Shown in pieces: positions 31,664 through 40,685 of a stretch of 40,685 nucleotides of DNA. Position 1 is the stretch's first letter, and the number at the start of each line of letters is the position of its first letter. The stretch spans positions 1 to 40,685 of the forward strand of contig NIVC01003845.1 of the NCBI GenBank assembly GCA_002269645.1, read 5' to 3'. Source of the stretch: Macrostomum lignano. Its lineage: Eukaryota. A model generated the notes under the pieces. The model saw nothing but the letters and a program-made list of their open reading frames with translations. It did not search any database and had not been told where the DNA came from. A program made the position numbers and the translations under genes.

Positions 31664-32363
31664 GGTGTGTTGAGCTTATCGGAGAAATTTGAGAAACTGA
31701 AACAAGCTGAAGAAAGCGGACAGGTTGCAATATCAATGACAGGGGCGAATGTTATACATTGATAAAGAACTCCAGATTTAGATCTGCGAGCTTCCGATTG
31801 GCCGAGCAAAAACTGCTTGTATTCAAGCGCTTGTTTTTAAGACTACTTTTTTAGGCTCATGTAGCTGTGCAACGCTTACAAGTATCTTCGCATGAACAAA
31901 GCAATAACATGCATGTGATTGAGGGGCAAAGGTAGCAGGTACGAGTACATTAAATTTATTTAATTTAGTGGGCTACTTAAAAAGACAGCGACAATCGAAT
32001 AGATTAGAATTTAGTGTTTTCTGTCGGATTCAAAATAGAAAAAAGGTCTTTAAGCGTCAAAAAGCTAACGGGTCTTTTACTCCAATATCGTGTAGATTAA
32101 TGGTACCTCGTAACTTCGTGTTACTTGGCCGTTTCGGACTAAATTTATAGAGAATGAAACAAATCGAAAAAGATAGGATCGATATTCGACTCAAAATGGA
32201 ATGACAAAATATTTAAGCATCAACTTGGGCAATAAAAGCAAAGCAGCAAAGCGGATGTACTGCAGATCTTGATCCGATCAGATTCGGATCTTTCACAGTC
32301 GGGAGTCAAAGCAAACAAAAAGGCACTATTGCCACAACCTGCTCTCAGAAAGATAATTCACTT

Positions 32364-33802
32364 TTACTCGCCATTTGAGGTCTCGTCCCTTCGAAATCTG
32401 TCAACAACAGCAGCGGTGAAGGCCGCGCCCTTGCCGCTGCCGTCCTCAGCGTGTATTAGCCTTGTATGCGTTCTTGGGCAGTACTTGTCCAGGAACTCCT
32501 GAATCAGACCTGGTAGCACAGGATGTTTGGTGAATAGGGACCCGTCGACCGCGATTGCGACCTCAGTGCGCTGAACGCGCTCGACGAACACGGACAGTCC
32601 GGCAGCGACAATCTGAGCTGCGCGCACCGACAAAGCGTTCGCCAGGTACCGAACAACGTGGTAGTCCTCATCAGAGATGCTGCTCAGTTTCAGCTCCTTC
32701 AGACAGCGGTATGTTTGGCTCAGGTCTCGGTGATTGTCCTGCTCTACTCGAGAGATGAAGGATGAAGGGAAGCTGCCTGGTGTAAGCAGCGCCGGAGACG
32801 GCTGGCCTCCGAAGACGAGACCCTCGTCGCAGAGCTTCACGAGAGTGACGCGAGCTAGCTCTCCGAGGTACATTCCGCTGAAAAGCTTCTCGAACGTGTA
32901 CGTTCCGGCATAGAGCGACTCGTTATCCAGCTGGAAGTCGAACTCAGTCTTGAGAAACTTGATCACTCCATTGTCTCCGAACGCACCCCACTCAGTGTTC
33001 ACAATGACGTATTCGTACTCTTGAAACTCGGACGGCGAATGTCCAGTCAGAGACTGCCACTTTGGAATGTTGCAGATTCTCTCCATGTAGCAGACGTTGC
33101 TGCCGGTTCCCATGATGAGCCCGATGCCGCACGATGCGTCCATGAATGCACCACTCATGAGTGTTCCAGTGGTGTCGTTCAGAACTGCGAGTACGTCGAT
33201 TTTGAGCGAGTGTTTGTTGATTGCGTCTTGCAGAAGCTTCACCGGATCTTTTCCGATTCCGTCTTTGATTGATAGGGACTTGTTCAAACGCTCGATCACA
33301 CCGGAAGTGAGAGAGGTGAGTCCCAGAGGGTATGAGTACGTGAATCCGAGCGGAATTCGCTTTCGGAGCTGTCCAGCTTCTCCTTGTGGACGAACTCGGC
33401 CAGCTTATCAGCGATAAAGTCAAACAACTCGGCTGCCGTTCCCTTGAGTCTCTCAGTCGGGATGGCAAAGTTCTCGCAGCTGCTGAAACACCTGCTGCCA
33501 CTGCGCAACGAAACATCGAGAATTCGAAAGTTTGTTCCGCCGAGATCCAGCGCCAAGAAGTTTCCTCTCTCGGAACCGTTAAGCAATCCGCGAACAAACG
33601 TGACAGCCATTTGAAGCGAGCTCGCTTTCCTTTGTTCTGGGTCATCGCTGAGTCCTTTCTCAATCTCCTCCCTGAGTCTATCTTTGAGCTCGCAGATTTG
33701 TTTATGCGTCGGGAAGAATTTAGTGATGATAGACTTGATGCGCCAATCCTCCTCGCTGGTCACTTCCAAATCCAGCCGACTAGACCGTTTAACTCGGGGC
33801 AT
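32364..33802 (-). CDS. Hexokinase paralog 2, intronless, with one frameshift (pseudogene or sequencing error)
   Basis: Same motifs as paralog 1. The T3 run at 33361-33363 corresponds to T4 at 26863-26866 and splits the gene into the 168 aa and 311 aa ORFs. Confidence 0.85.
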
Positions 33803-36075
33803 TGTTTTAGACTAGAATACTTGAACTTCGTTGGAAAACAGCTCGCGACTGCTATACTTCTGACCTCCAATTTTCTCAGTGCTTAGCGAAAGATTTTCAA
33901 GACTGCCGGACAGAAATTGATTGGCGTATTATATCTGCTTTTGAAGAAGACTCCCCTGCTTTTGTGTTTGAGACTAACAGCAACGCTAAGGACAGCTTAT
34001 CTAAGAACGCCTTCTATGTGGTCTTATCAGCGGGCAGTCCCAGCCGAGCTGTGAAACTCCTGTTTTATTTGCTTGTTGCTATCTGGCTTAGTGTACATGA
34101 TCGCTGTTTAACCGTAACATAGCTTCCCGTACAAGTTGCTGGGCTCTATGCACAGTTATTTGTGTCTTTGCAAGCTCTTTTCAAAAGCTTTTTTATTCTT
34201 AAGATAACAATGACCCTGCGGTAGGCAAGGATTGTTGGCCTTTGAATTTTAATGCATACAGCAGATATCGCGGTAAAAATTAGAGCCAATTGCTCAGAGT
34301 AGTATAGATATATAACTAAACGCATTTTTTGATGTTAGTCTGCAGTTTTTTTTGCTTGGGTTCACTTCGTACGGTTATGAGACCACCTTTCTCTTATCTG
34401 TTGCTTTTGACCACACGCGACACAACTTTCTAACCCTCTTTGTGGTGGCGTCGGTCAATTTGACATGACAAATGTACTATCAGTTTAAATGGTGGCTTTT
34501 GATTTTTTGACTCTGTAGCTACACATTTTATAGCATTTAATGTCAACAATGTCAGCGGTTTCTGGGAAAGAATTAAATAGTGCTTCATGATGTGGTTTGG
34601 ACACTTAGTGGCTAACTATGCTAAATATAGTCGAAGTACAAGATCATTGGATTTTGGCTGACGGGAGGGGGTTTCATAAGACCGAAATTTCTCAACGCTG
34701 AAAATTTTGCGTGGTCCTCGTTATATTAAGTTTTCTAAGTTGTGAAATTTTAGTCTTGTGAAAGCGACCCGGACTGGCATCTTCAGGTCTGTTTTCTGAC
34801 GACGAAAAAGTTCTGAGAGATCTTTGCAATTCTGTCCAATCGTGCAATCCTGTGAAATATTTTTGTTCCAATCTAATATTTTAAGTTGACATGAAATTTC
34901 CATTTTGATCCGAGAGAGACTTGGACTTTGGTTGCACCTTGTTTTGATGCCACGGGACCTCGTCTGCAGTTTTTGATTATTAAAAATGAGGCAGTTAGTG
35001 ACACTGACAGTTTTTATGACAAGTGACACGGCAGTGCTATGTCTGTGTTCATGCTTATACTACGCAATATACTCTTGGTAGATAATCAGCAATGATACGA
35101 CTGGCCCATATTTTGTAGGTAAAACACAACAATCATATGTATAAAATGGGATAGTTTTTTAAATGCCCCCTTGGTGTCACATAGCCTATACATCGTCCCC
35201 CAATTAGCTGACCAATGGGGAAACCTGATCGCTCAAATACAGTGGCATTTCGGTAAAGCCATGCAGGAAATTGCTGGAGTTACATTTCTCTTTGGATACT
35301 TACATCGACCTTGATTGGAATTTCCAATCCAATGTGCATCAATGAGAGACTTAGGCGAATCAAAACAGTCCCAATTCAGCTCAGCGGAGTGAAATATCGA
35401 TGGCTGTGGATTAAATGAACCACGTCACAAATGGAATCAATCTTACATGTCGATCAAATTTCTATTCAAAAGAGTATTTCTTTGGCCATTCGTTTTCAAA
35501 GTTTCCGGATTCTGATTCTTCAATTTACCATGCAGTCGTGAAAATTAAGAAACAGTCTCTGCGCAACCACTCACAAAAGCTAGTTTTAAAGTACAAATAC
35601 TCTTCTCTTCATTCAACTGAGTGGCTTATGGACTTTCTTTCTTTAGTCAAGTAACCCACGTAGTGTCAAAGAGAAAGTATTCTGTACGAGCTATATGTAG
35701 CTGTGTATTGAATAGACAATACTTTTGGACCATTCTAGCCATCGTACATTAAACATAAACTTGTTGCCATAAACTTACTTTTTGATCAAAGCAACTGAAT
35801 GAGACAATGACTGCTGTAATTTTGCATTTATTCTATCGCATTGTATTTTTCTTTGCATCCTTCTTGAGTGTTAGTAATAGAACAGAAAGCTTTGCTACTT
35901 TGAGTAGCATTCAATTAATTGCAGCCTTGATTCGTGCAAACAACGAATGGGCGTCCACTGAAGTAGAAAAAAATCTGATTGGTCCACAAAAAGCTATACA
36001 TTACAGTGGCATTTAATGCTATCTATCTAGAAGCTTATGGACGCGAATCGCTAATCTGCTTAGGTTTCCATCTTT

Positions 36076-36483
36076 ATGAAATTCGCATCATTTCGTGCAG
36101 TTGGTCTTGCTGGCTGCTGCTTGACCTGCCTGCACAGATGGCAGAGAGCTCTGGCTGCTGCCGGTGTCGAGTCCATCAATTCGACCCTGAATGCGTCAGG
36201 CAACTGGAGTGTCGACGGCGTCGGAGACAGCGAAATTGACGAGCACAATCATCCACCATCTGCGTCCAGATACCGATCGGCATTTGTTCTCATAGTCAGT
36301 CTGAGCGCGATGTGCCTTCTGGCGATGGGCTTCCTGGCCTACGGCCTGTTCTCCCGCGCCGAGGCCATCAAAGATGACGACGCTGCGGCCGAGATGGACT
36401 TGGATCAGGCCATGTTCGGAGGCCTGCACGACGGAGTTGGCGGCGGCGGCGGCGGCGGCGGTGACGGAGGTTTTGGCGACTGA
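36076..36483 (+). CDS. Small type I single-pass membrane protein of unknown function
   Basis: 135 aa ORF in a GC-rich island. Signal-peptide-like N-terminus, three sequons (NST, NAS, NWS), hydrophobic AFVLIVSLSAMCLLAMGFLAYGLF and an acidic Gly-rich tail. Confidence 0.6.
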   Translation: MKFASFRAVGLAGCCLTCLHRWQRALAAAGVESINSTLNASGNWSVDGVGDSEIDEHNHPPSASRYRSAFVLIVSLSAMCLLAMGFLAYGLFSRAEAIKDDDAAAEMDLDQAMFGGLHDGVGGGGGGGGDGGFGD

Positions 36484-37547
36484 TTTTTCACCGAAATGTT
36501 TCTACTGCCTGTTACTGTGCTGTTTTACTTGGGCCAATTTAACCAATACTTTCAATTGAAACGGATTCACTTGTCTACCAGAGTCCAGAGACCGTGTTGC
36601 TATGGTGGTATAGTTAGTTCTGATGAACTCTGAGCCAATCGGATCGACGACTTAAGTATTGTTTAAGTAAGTAGTCCTTGCCCTGAGCACGCAAACGCAC
36701 AGATAAGTACGACAGGCACACACTCTCACAGGATGTACAGGCGGTCCTGACTTGTCTTTACGGGTAATTGTTACTCTGCATACCCCTCGTGGTAATGGTG
36801 AGAGTTTAGGACCAAAATGTTACTAATTGCAAAACTGCTATATGCTTTTAGTTTCTGGTAAAAAAACTAGTGGACGTGAGACAGATTATTAGGTTGAAAC
36901 TGAAGTAAATATTCTTACAGCTTGTCAGATCTTGCGACTCTGTCAAATAAAGGAAGCCCATTTGGCTCGTTAGTCCAAATTTGATTTCTCTCTGCATGTG
37001 CTCCCTCTACAGGTTACTGATGATCCCCTGCCTCTATCTGTTAGCATGTCTTTTGTATTTGAACTATGCTGATTAACTCTCTCTTGCGAATACCTATATT
37101 TGCCGAGTACACACCACCAATGCTGATGCTAATATTGAGGTTTTTTGTTTCGCAAATAGGAATTACGCGCAAACTGTGTGCGTCAAAGTTCGCGCAGTAA
37201 ATACCGTTTTTCGATTCGCGTGAAGCCAATCTTCCTTCGCAAATATACAGTATAAATGCCTTCGTGGTTGTAAATAACGTACGAGTATATGGCTGCTGTC
37301 TATCTGAAGTGCTGCCGGCCACAAATCGATCAGCATCAGGTTCTGTTCAGGTCTGTTTGACCGGATTGTCACTGCAGGTTTACTGCAGTCTCTGACTCAT
37401 CAATGCAGTTCCACTATACGGTTCGGTTGCGCTGATGGATTGAGGGCGCAGTAACAATCCGATAGTTAAACTGTGGACGAATCGTGCGCGGTCCGTGCTC
37501 CCGCAGGATATTGACCAGCAGCCAGGCCTCTAAAGCACTAGCCAGTC

Positions 37548-37582
37548 CAGGGAATATTCTACTCTATGTAGAGTATTCCCTG
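37548..37582. mobile_element. 35-bp palindromic transposon remnant (CAGGGAA...TTCCCTG) with 7-bp TSD GCCAGTC
   Basis: 15-bp arms with one mismatch; direct repeats at 37541-37547 and 37583-37589. Confidence 0.7.
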
Positions 37583-39747
37583 GCCAGTCCCTCTATCTAG
37601 ATCGGGGGCAGAACAGGAAATGTAACTTCCGCAAAAGCAAATTTGCATTAGATTTTGCTGCGAACGGGAAAATAACAGAAGGTTAGGACTCGTTGAATCA
37701 CTTTAGTCCGCTGAGACCATCTGCTGGCTCCCAAAAGGCGAGCCATATTTGAATTTTCTAGTAAACCAGCTGCAGATTGCGGGGGCGGGTTTTACCTAAA
37801 AATGCTGGACTCTTCGTCTATTCGTCTATGGATATTCGTCTATTTAAGGGTCCGCTTCTCCCGTGTTTTCCCATGGAAGCCCAGAAGCATCGGTGATGAG
37901 CAGTACATACGCGTACTTCTTTAAACTTTGCCAAATTTGGCTAAGCATAAACAGATCTGTATATGGATTCTCAACGTTGACAAAGGAAGATTTGAAGCCT
38001 AGCCTAGTGAGGGATGCGTGGAATCAATACACATAAAATTTGGGCTGGGCACGCAGCTCAGATCGGAGAAGGATGCGTTGTTTGTTGATTAAGATGTTTG
38101 CAATCAATATTTCAGCCGGGGCTTGATGTAGACTGTCGCTCTGAGCGGGCGGGCGGCTATTGCAGCCCCATGCTGCAGCAGAATCTAAGCTATTACGAGT
38201 ATAAGCTGCGAATAAGCGAGGCGAACACGCGCCCAGGTGACTCCACACGCGTAAATGCTGGGGGAATGTGTTTAGGCCACGCGAAATATAATCCAGACAG
38301 ATAGAGAGGAGGGCCTTTCAAGAGGCAGACAGACAAGGGAATGGAAATAGAATAGGTCTCGTCACATTTTCTCTGCAAACCGGATAGAACTAATGAGAGA
38401 AAAGGGATTACGAAGCTTATATAATATGCCTATGTATAGATACTCTTATGCAGCTGCCTATATATACTGCATGCGGACTGCATTGGGTCTCAATATGGAC
38501 GACTACATGCATGCAATCAATTTTAGAGTTATTTACATTTTGCAAAATCCCGAGATGATATGCGCAAATAGGGAATTATCTCCCAGTATTATTGTTTCAT
38601 GACGCAAATTCTAGTTTTTTTATGAGATTACACCGTTTACATGTATTCGCCATTGACTAAATTACATATAAATTGTCAAATTACATTAGCGAAATAGAAT
38701 TGTGAAGCCGAAAAAATGGAGTGCGTCCGAGTGCCACTTCAATCATCCGAGATGCGTGCATGACAACCGAAAATAATTCCAACGAAAGGCATCTCCAACG
38801 AAGCATCAAATTATAAAACATGCAAAATGCTATTGCAAACACAGCTCTGAATTCTGTGTTCGCTTCTAAAAATGATCAATAATAGATCGTCCATCGCTGC
38901 TTCAATAAGCCTCAGCTTCCAGAATTGACTCAGCCAGTCAGTTCGTGGATACAATCTGGGGTAATTACGTAGATTGGATAGAAAATTCGCCTCAATCGAA
39001 TAAATATTTACACTTGAATAGAATTAATGGCCTTCGCGCATCACCACAGCGTAAGATGAGTAAACGTAAAGACGTAAAGCATATGTATCACCATATAGGC
39101 TTGGGTGTACTTCTGTGCAAACAAAGCATTTTGTTAATTCGCAGGAGGGCGTCGAAGTAACGGAATGCAAGTAATGAGACCTATGATGCACGTAATGGGC
39201 ACCAGCTTGTAATTCACGCCAGTTTAGAAAATGATGCAGCTGTCAGCACGTACGGCCCGGTTCTATCTTAGTTAATCACCGCAAAAATACGACCATATAA
39301 TGGGCTGTGTGAAATTCGATCCCATTTTTGCGCTGCAAGCCATTCAATTTTTAATGAACCCGGCCGCTGACGGATGTGAGACATATGGGTAAAGAAAACA
39401 CGGGTACAGTAACTATAGTATTAAATATTTAGTAATTATGCTCGCTTGCGTTCGGTTTCGCTTAACTGAAAGGCTTACTCCATAGCACATCGTTGTACTT
39501 TTACAGGCATATATAAGCGTAGTACCTCATACGCGTACGTAAAAGTCATTTCGAAAGTGAAACGCAAGGGATACGAGCACACGGATACACACGGACCTAC
39601 CTATACTTTTGGGTATGTAAAAATTGAAGACTTTTGAACATTATATGCTGCATGCTACACATATTGCTCAACTACTGCAGCGCCAGATACTACGAGGGGT
39701 GTCCCAGAAGTATGTGTCACTTTTGCTTGCTTCCACAAGTATATATA

Positions 39748-40361
39748 CCTTTTCAAGCTGGACTTTGGCAAAAGTGACTTCAATTTTGGCAGCCCATAGA
39801 AAAAGCATACGCCTGCCAGCAACATGTCTATGGTCAACTGTGGTAGAATCGGTTAGAGCGTGCATTCAACTTTGGCAAAAGTGAGCGAATTTTGGCAACT
39901 CAACCGAACAAGATGCCGAACGCGCGTATATCGCTGCAGGATCGAGAACGGCTGGTGCGCAGCTACCAAGAAGGAAGAGACTGGAGACGACTGGCGAAGG
40001 ACCTCGACATAAAGAGAACCACGGCCGACACAATTATCCACAGGTTTGTCACTGAAGATCGCGTTGCGCTGAAGCAACGAGGAGGAAGCCGTGAGGCCAA
40101 AATTTACACCACCAATGTTAAATGCTGTGACTCGGTTTGTTGAAGAGAAGCCCACCATAAGGTTGAGGGAGATAAAGGAGAAGATGGAAGCCGAACTTCC
40201 AGGCGCACCTGGCGTGTCGGTGCAGGCAATCAGCCTGGTTGAATGCACGCTCTAACCGATTCTACCACAGTTGACCATAGACATGTTGCTGGCAGGCTTA
40301 TGCTTTTTCTATGGGCTGCCAAAATTGAATTGTCACTTTTGCCAAAGTCGAGCTTGAAAGG
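39748..40361 (+). mobile_element. Internally deleted Tc1/IS630-like element with ~123-bp TIRs and TA flanks
   Basis: TIRs at 39748-39870 and 40238-40361; TA at 39746-39747 and 40362-40363 (exact ends uncertain by a few nt). Confidence 0.88.
39913..40237 (+). pseudogene. N-terminal DNA-binding fragment of a Tc1/IS630-like transposase
   Basis: MPNARISLQDRERLVRSYQEGRDWRRLAKDLDIKRTTADTIIHRF..RGGSR, then after a frameshift near 40104, TPPMLNAVTRFVEEKPTIRLREIKEKMEAELP..VSVQAIS. No DDE domain. Confidence 0.8.
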
Positions 40362-40685
40362 TAAATATTAATGTGTGTTAAAAAATCATATGCCTTAAAA
40401 GTCAGCGGCTTATTTTAACTTTCATACCATGAAAGTCCGATTTTTATAAGTGCTTCCTGCTGTAAGCAGCATGCATTTGTTTGCATACCCTTAGCCATAG
40501 AAATACCACCACATAGTACTTCTATGCTCACTCAGAAGAAAGCCACAAGTAGAGCTGCTCAAGCACAGAGTTGCAAGACAGCAGCTGCAAGATCTGTTCC
40601 AGTCATGGACCAGATACCCTTGTGACTTTGAATGCCGACAATTTTTTTTTGGAGTCGAGGTAATGAATTTTTCATAAGATATTCA

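Noticed and set aside
25991-33886. Overlapping ORFs opposite or within the hexokinase genes
   Set aside because: Shadow ORFs, duplicated only because the genes are near-identical.
39241-39375. Imperfect inverted repeat GTCAGC..CGGCCCGGTTC / GAACCCGGCCGCTGAC
   Set aside because: Short and gapped, with no clear TSD.

Overview
Eukaryotic (metazoan) repeat-rich genomic window; the organism cannot be determined from the sequence. 1-9044: a very young Ty3/Gypsy LTR retrotransposon (LTRs 333-1097 and 8277-9044, tRNA-Leu-type PBS, PPT), preceded by the 3' end of an apparent second tandem copy. Its gag and pol are in one frame separated by a single UGA-CUA stop. The Pol C-terminus carries a GGYNLRPR peptide matching the foamy-virus chromatin-binding sequence as I recall it. 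A non-env third ORF sits behind its own GC-box/TATA promoter. 10593-24818: three non-autonomous Helitron-like elements fused head-to-tail (CTAG|TC). Each carries a 23-bp satellite array; B and C also carry telomere-like tracts and internal terminator-like hairpins lacking CTAG. 25872-33802: two intronless hexokinase paralogs with near-identical cores and diverged ends. Between them lie an IS630/Tc1-like relic, a Crypton-type (DUF3504-like) tyrosine recombinase ORF with an upstream 36-bp perfect inverted repeat, and a gag relic interrupted by a MITE with a 7-bp TSD. The right end has an orphan single-pass membrane protein ORF, a 35-bp P-like excision-footprint candidate and an internally deleted Tc1/IS630-like element. 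All calls come from reading by eye; no database searches were run.
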